From the IMG/VR virus record IMGVR_UViG_3300026382_000175, positions 1 to 64,000 of that record: 64,000 bases of DNA; one strand, 5' to 3'. Below the pieces are notes generated by a model that searched no databases, was not told the DNA's origin, and was given only the letters and a program-made list of their open reading frames with translations. The translations under genes were made by a program, and so were the position numbers. This DNA comes from a virus. Shown here one piece after another: positions 38,285-47,870 of the stretch (its first letter is position 1; the number at the start of each line of letters is the position of its first letter).

Positions 38285-38734
38285 CTAAACTTCTACAGGT
38301 TCAATTACAAAACTAACTTCATTCCCTTCTTTAGTTAAAGTCCAAAATACTGGATAAGACTTACCAAACCTGATAGCATATAAGCGTGAAATCAAGTCTT
38401 CCAAAATCTTTACCAGTTCAGCATTCCTAATAGAGGTTTTAACCTCTGTAGGTGAAACCAAATGATTAATTGCTGATACTATTACTTTGTAGTAATGATA
38501 GAAATTCACAACATCATCTTCTAACAAGGAAATAAGTTCCATATAATCAGAATTGTCCATTATGTTGTCCATAAAGCTAATAAACTTAGAAGGAGTTAGA
38601 ACCAAATTCAAATCTGCATTCTCATAAAGAATAGAGACCCTAAACTTCCCTATCTTCTCATCAAAGGTAATTTGAATTTCTTGTATATCTCCTGTAAAAA
38701 ATTCTAGCAGTCTCATTACTCCACCTCCATACAT
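38285..38734 (-). CDS. Hypothetical protein
   Basis: ORF in operon; the likely start is the second Met, after GGAGG. Confidence 0.6.
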   Translation of the reverse strand: MYGGGVMRLLEFFTGDIQEIQITFDEKIGKFRVSILYENADLNLVLTPSKFISFMDNIMDNSDYMELISLLEDDVVNFYHYYKVIVSAINHLVSPTEVKTSIRNAELVKILEDLISRLYAIRFGKSYPVFWTLTKEGNEVSFVIEPVEV

Positions 38735-38738
38735 TTAG

Positions 38739-38963
38739 TTAAATTGATCTTGTATTGTCAATACAAATCAAATTATCCTTTTTAACTAACTCCTTTGCAC
38801 ATTTCTCACATAAATATTTAAGAAGAGTTCCAAAACCTTTCTTAAGACTAGAAAAGCTTTTACCCTCTTTAAGAGAGTAACAATACCTTGTCATAATAAA
38901 ACCACACTTATTACACCTTAATGCAGTTCCTTCATAAAGTTTATATTTACACAATGCTTTCAT
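38739..38963 (-). CDS. Small zinc-finger protein
   Basis: CNKC...CEKC. Confidence 0.6.
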   Translation of the reverse strand: MKALCKYKLYEGTALRCNKCGFIMTRYCYSLKEGKSFSSLKKGFGTLLKYLCEKCAKELVKKDNLICIDNTRSI

Positions 38964-39385
38964 CTCACTTCCTCCTCTTCCTCAATTGAAAGAACATTCC
39001 TCAAGTTTATAAAAGCTGGGACATCCTTAGCCTGTTCAAACTCTAGCATTAGTCCAGCATCCTTAAACTTCTCCCAAAATCTGTTCATGTATTGAACTCC
39101 AACTATTGGAATATTCAGGACTAGTCCATCAAAAGTTTCTACTTTTAGTCTTAACTTAAAGTCGTATAGCTGGGTCTCCTCTACATAAACTGATTCAGCT
39201 CCACTCAGACTTATCCAATTCCTCTTACCTTTACTTTCGTAATAAAAGCTGTCCTTACAGTTCAGAACTGCTGTAAACAACCTTCTGTAATCCTTCCAAG
39301 ATTCCAGCTCAACAGTTTTAACTAAATTGCTGTAAACTACCTTAGCTTTAATGTAAGTTTTAGCCATCTTTAACCTCCTTATCAT
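38960..39385 (-). CDS. Hypothetical protein
   Basis: ORF with GGAGG before MAKTY; two weakly similar halves. Confidence 0.6.
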   Translation of the reverse strand: MIRRLKMAKTYIKAKVVYSNLVKTVELESWKDYRRLFTAVLNCKDSFYYESKGKRNWISLSGAESVYVEETQLYDFKLRLKVETFDGLVLNIPIVGVQYMNRFWEKFKDAGLMLEFEQAKDVPAFINLRNVLSIEEEEEVR

Positions 39386-39560
39386 CTAGAATATTAATCT
39401 CTTTAACAGCCTTCACCTTGATTGTATAACCATAATCCAAAATAATCCAATCCTCCTCATCTTCTTTTTCAATTCCTTCAATCATCCCCACAAAGCTACT
39501 ATCCTTCAAGATGATTTCACAAAGCTTTCCAATGTATTTCTCGTACTTTTTCTTAACCAT
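39360..39560 (-). CDS. Small Sm/LSm-like-fold hypothetical protein
   Basis: 'YIGKLCEIILKD..FVGMIEGI....WIILD....IKV.AV.EI' pattern. Confidence 0.5.
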   Translation of the reverse strand: MVKKKYEKYIGKLCEIILKDSSFVGMIEGIEKEDEEDWIILDYGYTIKVKAVKEINILDDKEVKDG

Positions 39561-39584
39561 ATCAACCCTCCCTACTCTTCAATT

Positions 39585-40037
39585 TTATTGATTTGTAGTA
39601 TATTTCGTAAATTTCTTCAACATTGCTTCTGCAAATTCTTCTAGATCTAGCAATTGCCTTACTACATCTTTAGCATCTTCATATATTTCTCTCGTAGTCC
39701 ACTTCTTGCATATCTTAGCCAACTCATTATTTTCATCATAATACCCTTTCCAATCAAAAGGATGTGCATAATCCCAACCATACCACCAATACCCTTTTGG
39801 TAAGTAAACTCCATCACCTTTACTTGAAAAGGTAAAACCTCCATGAACACTAATAATACTTAAATCACCATAATCAAAACCAGCTAATATGTGATTCTCA
39901 GGAAGCCCTACATAAGCTACTGGGTGAGTTCCTAAAGACATTCCTATAATCCTAAAACCAAGACACTCTTCATCAAAGAGTGTTTCAGGTTTGTCTAACA
40001 TCTCTTTCTGGTAAATCATTTCCTTAAACTTCTTCAT
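39585..40037 (-). CDS. Conserved phage hypothetical protein
   Basis: 'AYVGLP..H...VHGGFTF...WWYGWDYAH' motif common in phage early proteins. Confidence 0.7.
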   Translation of the reverse strand: MKKFKEMIYQKEMLDKPETLFDEECLGFRIIGMSLGTHPVAYVGLPENHILAGFDYGDLSIISVHGGFTFSSKGDGVYLPKGYWWYGWDYAHPFDWKGYYDENNELAKICKKWTTREIYEDAKDVVRQLLDLEEFAEAMLKKFTKYTTNQ

Positions 40038-40066
40038 CTCAACTCCCCTCTCAAACCTGTTTACTA

Positions 40067-40215
40067 AACTAAACTCAAATCAGGGAGAATTTCAGGCTGG
40101 TTAATCTAAACTTTCTACTCACTATTAACTAAACCAATCTACCCTAGAATTTCAGGTTAAACCTATCCAACTATCCCTATCTTAAAATTAAACTCTCTTA
40201 CTATCAAATTTCAGG
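40067..40215 (-). promoter_or_regulatory. Three tandem leftward phage promoters
   Basis: CCTGAAATT-N13-GTTTA(G/A)TT starting at 40096, 40156 and 40215 on the minus strand, ~60-bp period. Confidence 0.8.
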
Positions 40216-40225
40216 TTGGTAGTAA

Positions 40226-40255
40226 CCTGAAATTCTAATCCAATCCAGTTTAGTT
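40226..40255 (+). promoter_or_regulatory. Rightward phage promoter, back-to-back with the leftward set
   Basis: CCTGAAATTC-N12-GTTTAGTT; forms the inverted repeat AATTTCAGGTT-N6-AACCTGAAATT at the strand switch. Confidence 0.8.
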
Positions 40256-40284
40256 TTATAGATACCAATCAGAAGGAGGTTAGT

Positions 40285-40494
40285 ATGAGTAAGAAAACTT
40301 ACCAGTCCTTACAAGAGTGGTTATCCACTACTAATCCTATGAACAAGCACTACCTAGCTCAGATTATTTCCCTAATAACTATGTTAGAAGTAGGAGATGA
40401 GATTAGTTTAGGATTAGTTAAGATTAAGAAGGAGTCTCATACTGATAATGGTTATACTTTCTCAGTTAGTATAGATAGTTCTCTATTAGAGTAA
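40285..40494 (+). CDS. Hypothetical protein
   Basis: GGAGG RBS; first gene after the promoter. Confidence 0.65.
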   Translation: MSKKTYQSLQEWLSTTNPMNKHYLAQIISLITMLEVGDEISLGLVKIKKESHTDNGYTFSVSIDSSLLE

Positions 40495-40565
40495 TCCCCT
40501 ATTTTTCAGTAGGTTTCTTAAGTATTACAACAACTTTCCCAATCTAGTAAGCTAGAGGAGGAGTT

Positions 40566-41639
40566 ATGATTAGGTTTGAGGAGTATGAAGAGGTATTAGT
40601 AAAGTTACAGGATAATTTAGATGATGAAAATAGTACTCTAACTTTCCTAGATGTATTAACTAAGTTAATAAGGGATTTATTAGGTACTCATTACAGTAAG
40701 TACAGCTGGGTAAGAGGACTTAACTTTGATGAGATAGCTCCTCAGATAGCTTTAGACTACTACCTTAAGGTAAAATCTGGTTTAAGGATTAACAAGTGGG
40801 GAATTTACTTGAGAAAGAGCTTAGCTAGTGATTTGGTAAAGTTTGCTCATCCTAAAGATGTGAGCTTTGATGACTTGCTTAAAACTCCTTACACTAAAGA
40901 TGAGGAAGATGACAAGGATTACCTAGTAGAAATCCAAGAACTGTGGAAAACCCTTTTCCCTCACTTAACTAAATCTGAAATCTTAATCTTAATAGAGCTC
41001 TCTACTGAGTATAAACTCTCTCCTTATGACAAGGTAAGAGGATTAGCTAAGTACTCTTACAGGAAAAGAATAGAACTAGCTAAAGTCTTAATGAAGTTAA
41101 CTTACTACTACAGAACTAAGGAGGTAAGCATGAACAGGGTAACATCTAACTCACTAGTAAGAACTTTAGCTGGAATTATGATTTCTCCTCTATTCCTAGT
41201 TCTAGACCTAGAAGACATGGCTAAGGTAATAGCTACTCTAGGAGGACAAACTGTACGCATTCCTACCTACACAGAACTACAAAAGTTAATCCCACTCATC
41301 ATCCTCTTCTATGAACACAAAATCAACAACAAATCCCTCTCAGAACTCTCTAAAAAGTTCAACCTAGACCGTAAAGACCTTTCCCTAATCCTAAACATCC
41401 TAAACCAAGTAAAGCTCTCAGATTACGAAAAGAAGAACCTAATCATTACCCTTTCCAAGCTTACCCAATTGGTAAATGCTCAAGACTCCTTCATATCTCA
41501 AAGACTACAGGAGATAGAAGATAAGCTCAGAAAGAACTCCAAAACAGCTCTAGAACTCTACAAATCCCTCTCTAAGGAAGAAGCTAAAGGATTAGAAGAC
41601 CTAATCAAGCTAACTACTGAGATAGTTAAATTACTCTAA
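40566..41639 (+). CDS. Putative transcription regulator: sigma-like N-terminus plus Mor-family HTH C-terminus; nested start at 41130
   Basis: 'VIATLGGQTVRIP...NKSLSELSKKFNL' Mor-like signature; internal GGAGGT-N4-ATG in frame. Confidence 0.55.
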   Translation: MIRFEEYEEVLVKLQDNLDDENSTLTFLDVLTKLIRDLLGTHYSKYSWVRGLNFDEIAPQIALDYYLKVKSGLRINKWGIYLRKSLASDLVKFAHPKDVSFDDLLKTPYTKDEEDDKDYLVEIQELWKTLFPHLTKSEILILIELSTEYKLSPYDKVRGLAKYSYRKRIELAKVLMKLTYYYRTKEVSMNRVTSNSLVRTLAGIMISPLFLVLDLEDMAKVIATLGGQTVRIPTYTELQKLIPLIILFYEHKINNKSLSELSKKFNLDRKDLSLILNILNQVKLSDYEKKNLIITLSKLTQLVNAQDSFISQRLQEIEDKLRKNSKTALELYKSLSKEEAKGLEDLIKLTTEIVKLL

Positions 41640-42250
41640 CCTACTCTACACTATCCTACTTACTTATCTTATACTCTCAACACTGCTATACTACTAATCT
41701 TACTAACCTAGTTACTCTACTTAACCCTGTTATCCAATCCTATTAGTTAGCTTACTATTCCAGTACTTTAGTTTTGAGTTAGATAGTTAGTTATATCGCT
41801 ATATACCCTTCTGATATTGATATAGTTATACTGATATCCCCCTTTTTCAGTAGGTATTACTTGATTTACAATAGCTTTCTAGTATTACTTATTCAGTTAG
41901 ATAATTTTTGATTAGTAGTATAGTTAGTATATAGATAATCCCCCCATTTTCAGTAGGTTTTCCTTGTATTCCATAGGTTATCTCATTATTCGTAGAATAC
42001 TAATCTGATAGAGATATACTGGTAATGGTATAGGTAACAGGTATAGAGTTAGGTAAGTAGGTTAGATAGTACTCTTATACTACTATAAGTATAGATAATC
42101 CCCCCCATTTTCAGTAGGTTTCTTAAGTATAGCAATATCTATCTCAGAATTAGTAATAGAAAACTTATGAATTACTATAACTAAGAGAAATAGAGATATG
42201 GGAAAACTAAGTAATTCAAGGAGTTATACATATTAGGGAAAATTATCTAA
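41640..42250. other. Large non-coding region; candidate replication origin with iteron-like repeats
   Basis: C-rich to G-rich skew switch near 41765; three CCCCC(A/T)TTTTCAGTAGG copies; adjacent to the primase/Rep gene. Confidence 0.5.
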
Positions 42251-42258
42251 CTAACCTA

Positions 42259-42346
42259 CCTGAAACTCTAACTCAGACTAGTTTAGTTATATAGAGTGGG
42301 AAAGTTATATACCCAACCTGAAATTCTAATCCAATTCTGTTTAGTT
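42259..42346 (+). promoter_or_regulatory. Two tandem phage promoters
   Basis: CCTGAAA(C/T)TC-N12-GTTTAGTT at 42259 and 42317. Confidence 0.8.
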
Positions 42347-42377
42347 TAGTAGAATAGGTTAACAGGAGGTTGTAAGT

Positions 42378-44612
42378 ATGGAATATAGAGTAGAGAGGAT
42401 AGTTCAGGTTAGTAGATATAAGAAGTTGGGAGAAGAGGTAGATAGGACTACTGGTATAGTTTTTGTTAAGTATTACGATAGGCATAAGAAAACTGAGTTT
42501 TCAGCCTTCAAAAGTAAAGAAGATGCTAGGAAGTACTGGGAATATTGGATTGGACACGACCCAGAGGCTTTAAAGTTCTACATAAGCAGTGCTACGATAG
42601 AGGGAGAGTTTTCAGACTTTACCAGAGATGTAATAGAGTTTGAAACTCCTAATGGTAATAGATATCTCTCCTACTACAAAACAGATTTCTCCTTTGGTAA
42701 GGATTCTAACTTTACCTTTGGAGTTCATGTTCCTAAAGGTACTACTCCTTACTATCCTACTGGTTGGTGGAATCTAAATGTACCTATGAAACCAGAAGAC
42801 AAATTGATAATAGGAGTAGGTTCTCAGGTTAATATGGGTAAAGCTTTCACTAAAGAGCTAACCATAGATGAGTTCATAAAACTTATGGAAGCTAAAGGTA
42901 AGTTCTACACTCCCTTTGTCTTTGAGAATAACAAGAGGAATAAAGCTAACGCTTACAGACCTGAAAATTCATTAACAATGATCTGCATTGACGTAGACGA
43001 TGATTTGAATTTGATAGATATTCTGAAAGAAAAAGATAAAAATGGGTTTGTTAATTCCTTTCTTAATAGAGTTACCTACTACCTAGAGCAAGTTAGTAAG
43101 AGTGGAGAAGGTTATCACTTCTTTGTACCTGTAAAGGTAAAAGACACTCAGCAACTCTTAAAAATTCTCAACTACCTTCAGCTAGAGTACAAAGGAATAG
43201 CAGATATTTCAGTATTTGAACCAGCTAGGCTAATCTTCTCCTCTCCTTACAGGATAAAAGAGGTTTCTAGGATAGCAGTTACTAGGAACTTTTATGCTGA
43301 TGTAGAGCTTACCCAATTAGAACCAGCTTCAGAGAGGTTAGAAAGAATCAAATCTCATCAGCTAACTATTGAGGGTCATAAGAACTATGTGAGGAATGAT
43401 GGAGCTCTCTACATAAGAACCTATGTAGATGGAGATAGGTTAGTTAAGTGGTTTGAGGAAAAGCATGGAAAACTAACTAGTAAAAAGCTTTTCTCAGTTC
43501 AAGTTACTTCTAATCGCCAATCTATTTCCTCTATAAGCAACGAAAATAGTAAGGTAAGTACTAAACCCTTAGGTAGGGGTAAAAAGTCCGATAATGGCCA
43601 AATAGATAAACGAGGAGGCAAATTTTGGGATGAGTTAAAAGCTAGTACCATAGCAACTGTGAAAGGAGATTTAAATCCAGTTTCAGATAAGAGTAAGGTA
43701 AGGGAATACCAGAGTGGGTTAATAGGATTGATTAAAGAGCTTTCCAAGTTAGCAGGATTTAAGTTCTATGAGTTCAACAGGTATGACAAAGATGGAAATG
43801 TAGTAGGTAATTATTACCAAATTTCAGTATCTCCTGATGAGAAATCTCCTATGGATATATTTCTGTATGATAACAACCCTGAGTTTTTCTACTTTCAATC
43901 TAAAAACGCTTTAAGACACTTCCCTAAGATATTTGAGGAGATAGTTAGCTATACTACTGATGGAAGACCTTGCTTACACATATCTTGGCTAATTAAACTG
44001 TTAAGCTTTATTTCCAAGAACTTCAAACCAGACTTCAACACAGCTAAGATTAAGGACTTGATTAAGAAGTATGGAATACATGAGAAGTATCTCTATTCTC
44101 ACTTTGAGGAAGTAGAAGGATATGTAGTAGAGCTAATCAAAGCTCTTATCAAGAAGAAAGGTAAACCTGTAAGAGTATCTAAATACATTCCTAAAGAAAT
44201 TATTAGCAAATCTAGAGTGTGGAGAAGTTTTAGGAAAGAGTTGGAAAGCTTAGGCTTTGTGTTTGAAAGGAAAAGAGGAGGGTTAGTAGTATATTGGGAC
44301 GAAGAGAAAAAGAAAGACATTGATTACCTGAAGTATAACTCTAAAGGGCTTTCTCCTAAACTGAGGAAAACCTTTAAGAAGTTCTTTGCAGTGGTAAGTC
44401 AGGAAACTTGGTTTGAAGAGATAGTAGTAATACTAGAAGAAAACTGGGTTAAGCATATGGTTTATTGGGTTAGGAAGATGGTAGGAGAGGAGTTGAGAAA
44501 GTGGGAAATGATGTTTAAACGAAAACTGCGAAGTGGAGAAATGTTGTGGTATGAGGATAAACAAAAGCCTATTAGTGCTTTGTCCTATGTGATTACTAGG
44601 ATGGTAGCTTGA
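42378..44612 (+). CDS. AEP-superfamily primase-polymerase-like / replication initiator protein
   Basis: 'ICIDVD', 'SKSGEGYHFFV' and 'DISVFEPARLIF' match AEP (VirE_N/BT4734-like) motifs. Confidence 0.65.
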   Translation: MEYRVERIVQVSRYKKLGEEVDRTTGIVFVKYYDRHKKTEFSAFKSKEDARKYWEYWIGHDPEALKFYISSATIEGEFSDFTRDVIEFETPNGNRYLSYYKTDFSFGKDSNFTFGVHVPKGTTPYYPTGWWNLNVPMKPEDKLIIGVGSQVNMGKAFTKELTIDEFIKLMEAKGKFYTPFVFENNKRNKANAYRPENSLTMICIDVDDDLNLIDILKEKDKNGFVNSFLNRVTYYLEQVSKSGEGYHFFVPVKVKDTQQLLKILNYLQLEYKGIADISVFEPARLIFSSPYRIKEVSRIAVTRNFYADVELTQLEPASERLERIKSHQLTIEGHKNYVRNDGALYIRTYVDGDRLVKWFEEKHGKLTSKKLFSVQVTSNRQSISSISNENSKVSTKPLGRGKKSDNGQIDKRGGKFWDELKASTIATVKGDLNPVSDKSKVREYQSGLIGLIKELSKLAGFKFYEFNRYDKDGNVVGNYYQISVSPDEKSPMDIFLYDNNPEFFYFQSKNALRHFPKIFEEIVSYTTDGRPCLHISWLIKLLSFISKNFKPDFNTAKIKDLIKKYGIHEKYLYSHFEEVEGYVVELIKALIKKKGKPVRVSKYIPKEIISKSRVWRSFRKELESLGFVFERKRGGLVVYWDEEKKKDIDYLKYNSKGLSPKLRKTFKKFFAVVSQETWFEEIVVILEENWVKHMVYWVRKMVGEELRKWEMMFKRKLRSGEMLWYEDKQKPISALSYVITRMVA

Positions 44613-44635
44613 CCAGTATTATGTATTACTCAAAA

Positions 44636-44705
44636 AGTATTACTTAGTAATATTAAGTTTTGTTGATCCTAGCAAATTTTGAATACCAGTAATACTTAGT
44701 ATTAC
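44636..44705. repeat. 70-bp GTAWTAC element, copy 2
   Basis: 57/70 identity to 17373-17442; extra GTAWTAC heptamers at 44623 and 44720. Confidence 0.9.
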
Positions 44706-44738
44706 TGATTTCACAAATCGTAATACTGCTAAAGTTAG

Positions 44739-44768
44739 CCTGAAATTCTAAGGTTAGTTGGTTTAGTT
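44739..44768 (+). promoter_or_regulatory. Phage promoter
   Basis: CCTGAAATTC-N12-GTTTAGTT upstream of an RBS. Confidence 0.8.
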
Positions 44769-44793
44769 TAGTAAACAATTTTAGGAGGTTGTT

Positions 44794-45000
44794 ATGACTA
44801 GAGTACTAAACATCTCAGGAGAGTGGGATGGGAAGGAAATAGTAGGTCATCTAAACTTTAGTGCAGGAGAGTTTTGGTTAGACATTAGTCAAAATGGGAG
44901 AATGGTAGAAATCAATGAAGGGGAATTTGCACTAGCCAAGTTCTTACAGCTTCTCCTAGATGAATTGGGAGAGGAATTTCTAACTGAACTTAAGAAGTAA
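44794..45000 (+). CDS. Hypothetical protein
   Basis: GGAGG RBS. Confidence 0.65.
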   Translation: MTRVLNISGEWDGKEIVGHLNFSAGEFWLDISQNGRMVEINEGEFALAKFLQLLLDELGEEFLTELKK

Positions 45001-45039
45001 ATTGAATTGGAATTCATAAAACTTAACAGGAGGATAGTT

Positions 45040-45975
45040 ATGGGATTCAAGAAACCAGACCTAAATGCTATTAGGCAAATGCAAGAGCAGTTCCAATCTT
45101 CAAAATCTAACCAAACTGATTACAGGTGGGCTAGCTTACCTGAGAAAGGAGAAACTATCAAAGTAAGATTCCTACCTCCAGTAGGAGAAATGAACTTACC
45201 TTTCTTCAAGCTTTATAAACACTACCAAGTACCTAATCCAGAAGGAGAAGGTACTCTTAATTTCACTTGTCTTAGGACTTGGAATATGGAGTGTCCTATA
45301 TGCTCTAAAATTGAGCACTTAAAGAGGAAGTTTGGAGATGATTTCGTTAATCAGTGGTATGCTAGTATGAGAGGCTTCTTTAATGTGCTAATCAAAGATG
45401 ATCCTAACTATGTATCAGGACTACCTTACATTTTAGGTATGCCTAAGTCAGGTTTAATTTGGTTTTTAGGAATAATGGGAGATGAGGACTATGGAGACAT
45501 AACTGATCCTTATACAGGCTTTTGGGTTAAGATTAGCAGAATGGATAACAACCAGCTTAGGTTTGACATAGTTCCTAAACCTAGTCCAATAGCCTCTACT
45601 GATGAGGAAATTAACCAAATAGCAGAGCAGTGTTTTGACCTTACTAAGATTTGGAGAAACCCTGATGATGAGTACATTATAACAGCTAACAAGATAGCTG
45701 ATAGGATTGAAGCAATAGTTAAAGAGAAAGCAGGATTACTAGAAACAGGTAAAAGCGTAGTAGAAACTCCCAACCAAGTTAATCCTAATCCTGTTAACAT
45801 TACTAAACCTACTCCAGTTCCTCAACCAACTCAACCTAAAGTTGAACCTAATCAATCTTCTGTTCAGAAGCCTCCAGGAGCTCCAGATTGCTTTGGTAAC
45901 TTCAATGAAAGTGACACTAGATGTCTAATTTGTATCCACGAAATAGAATGTAGGCAAGCTACTCAAGGAGGGTAA
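45040..45975 (+). CDS. Single-stranded DNA-binding protein (gp32-like)
   Basis: 'VRFLPP...H...C....CPIC', 'DITDP.TG'; ATG 45040 follows GGAGG; extra C-terminal Cys-rich motif. Confidence 0.8.
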   Translation: MGFKKPDLNAIRQMQEQFQSSKSNQTDYRWASLPEKGETIKVRFLPPVGEMNLPFFKLYKHYQVPNPEGEGTLNFTCLRTWNMECPICSKIEHLKRKFGDDFVNQWYASMRGFFNVLIKDDPNYVSGLPYILGMPKSGLIWFLGIMGDEDYGDITDPYTGFWVKISRMDNNQLRFDIVPKPSPIASTDEEINQIAEQCFDLTKIWRNPDDEYIITANKIADRIEAIVKEKAGLLETGKSVVETPNQVNPNPVNITKPTPVPQPTQPKVEPNQSSVQKPPGAPDCFGNFNESDTRCLICIHEIECRQATQGG

Positions 45976-45976
45976 A

Positions 45977-46261
45977 ATGTTTAAAATACTTTACATCAAT
46001 TCTGAACTAGAACCTAGTATTCAAGCTTCAATTAGGAGAAGATATCAGGACTATTTAACAGATAACCCATTACTAGCGATAGTAGAAGTTTCTAATGTAG
46101 AAGCTCCTAAGATTGTTAATGAAACGACTGAGGGGGAGAGGTTGGTTATCCCTCCCTCTCTTTTGGATTCAGTTATGGAAGAAGTTTTATATGCTTTAGA
46201 GAATCAAGATGGTAAATATTTGATTTCTTTTATGGAAGGTTTAGTTAAGCAAAACAATTAG
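45977..46261 (+). CDS. Hypothetical protein
   Basis: GGAGG RBS, within the operon. Confidence 0.6.
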   Translation: MFKILYINSELEPSIQASIRRRYQDYLTDNPLLAIVEVSNVEAPKIVNETTEGERLVIPPSLLDSVMEEVLYALENQDGKYLISFMEGLVKQNN

Positions 46262-46273
46262 GAGAGGTTAAGC

Positions 46274-47410
46274 ATGGCTAAAAAGGATGTTGATATTTTT
46301 GAAACTGGTTCTGCTTTAGATAAGATTAAAGAGTTAGCTAGTACTTCTTCTCTTACCTACGAGACTGGTATATATCCTCTAGATGCTTTGTTATCAGGAG
46401 GGATTCATTCAGGTAAGATTTATGAGGTATTTGGTAAGGAAAGCTCTGGTAAATCTACTTTAGCTCTGCACTTAGCTAAAGCATATTTAGACTTTTGGAA
46501 AGATGAAGGTAATGTACTTTGGATAGAGAGTGAGAGTGCTTTTGATGTTCAAAGGGCTGTTGCATTTGGAATAGATTTGTCTAAAGTATTAGTTCAAGAA
46601 GTAGAGATAGTTGAAGATGGATTTGAGTTAATAGAGAAGGTTCTAAAGAAGGCTGAGCAAGTAGGTAGGAAAGTGTTTATAGTGTGGGACACTATTGCCT
46701 CTTGTTCAACTAAGAAGGAAAAGGATGATGGTCAATTTGGAGGAGGTATTTCTGAGAAAGCTAGGATGATAAGAAGCCTCTTGAGGAGAATTACCATTCC
46801 TCTAGGTAAAACTGATTCAGTGTTACTTTTTGTTAACCAAGTGTACGATGTTATAGGTAGCTATACCAATGAGGTGGAAAGTCCTGGAGGTAGAGGTATT
46901 AAGTTCCACGCTTCTACCAGAATTCTAATAGAACAGAAAGCTCAGATTAAGAAAGTAGTTAACAATGTAGAAATTCCAGTAGGAATTAAGTCCAAGCTTA
47001 CTCTTAAGAAGAACAAGTTAGGACTTCCAGGACTTTCAACTATGTTAGTTATATTTGGAGAGAAAGGAATAGATAAGTGGGCTACTATAACAGATTTCCT
47101 TAAGCAACTACCTGAGGTTAAGAAGAGTGGAGCTTGGTTTACATTAGAGTTACCTGATGGAAATTCTATTAAGTTTCAGAATGAAAAACTCTTAAAACAA
47201 AAGGTAGAGGAAAATCCTGAACTAGAGGAATTCATTAAGTACCTCATCTATAAGTACTATGCTGAACTTTCTATGTTTATGAAAATCAAGTTTTATGATT
47301 GGTTAATAGAGGTAGAAACTAAGTGGTATGGTAAACCTATTACCCAACTAAATGAAGAGGAAGAGAAGCTTTACCAAACTTTTAAAGAGGTAAAGGATGA
47401 AATTGGTTGA
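46274..47410 (+). CDS. uvsX: RecA/UvsX recombinase
   Basis: 'GKIYEVFGKESSGKST', 'IVWDTIA', 'FVNQ', 'PGGRGIKF.AS.RI', 'KNK', 'SGAWF'. Confidence 0.93.
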   Translation: MAKKDVDIFETGSALDKIKELASTSSLTYETGIYPLDALLSGGIHSGKIYEVFGKESSGKSTLALHLAKAYLDFWKDEGNVLWIESESAFDVQRAVAFGIDLSKVLVQEVEIVEDGFELIEKVLKKAEQVGRKVFIVWDTIASCSTKKEKDDGQFGGGISEKARMIRSLLRRITIPLGKTDSVLLFVNQVYDVIGSYTNEVESPGGRGIKFHASTRILIEQKAQIKKVVNNVEIPVGIKSKLTLKKNKLGLPGLSTMLVIFGEKGIDKWATITDFLKQLPEVKKSGAWFTLELPDGNSIKFQNEKLLKQKVEENPELEEFIKYLIYKYYAELSMFMKIKFYDWLIEVETKWYGKPITQLNEEEEKLYQTFKEVKDEIG

Positions 47411-47870
47411 AGAGCTTAAATCTTTATTGGACTTGCTTTATGAAAAAGCAAGGAAGGTTTCTGATGTAGAGAATAAAGTTACAGGTTTGTGGTATCAAGT
47501 AATTAAGCACTTGATTAAACTATACCAGTATCAAGACCCTTACGATAGAGATAAACATATAAGAGATTTAGCAACCTATGTGTATGATATACTGGAGTAT
47601 TTAGACTCTTCCAAATCTCCAGTTTCAGAAAGAAAGCTAAGAAAGTGGTTCAATTGGGATAACATAGATAGGAGTATAAAGATTAAAATCAGGCAAGTAC
47701 ATAACAGGTACACAGCTATTAGACCTAAGTTGTCTGATGAAGAAACTATTAAGATAGTTAAAGACAAACTAGCCCAACTTTTACCTTGCTTGTCTAACAT
47801 AGACATTGATTGTGTAGAGAGTTGGATTAATCAGATTAGAGCTGAGGTTCAAAATGAGGATAATTCTTAA
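47397..47870 (+). CDS. DUF29-like helical protein, paralog 1
   Basis: 'QVIKHLIKLYQY' core; aligns with the 55766 and 63312 ORFs. Confidence 0.6.
   Translation: MKLVEELKSLLDLLYEKARKVSDVENKVTGLWYQVIKHLIKLYQYQDPYDRDKHIRDLATYVYDILEYLDSSKSPVSERKLRKWFNWDNIDRSIKIKIRQVHNRYTAIRPKLSDEETIKIVKDKLAQLLPCLSNIDIDCVESWINQIRAEVQNEDNS

Noticed and set aside
41830-42130. Repeats as a CRISPR array
   Set aside because: Only three local copies, with irregular spacing (103 and 161 bp), variable repeats and no cas genes.
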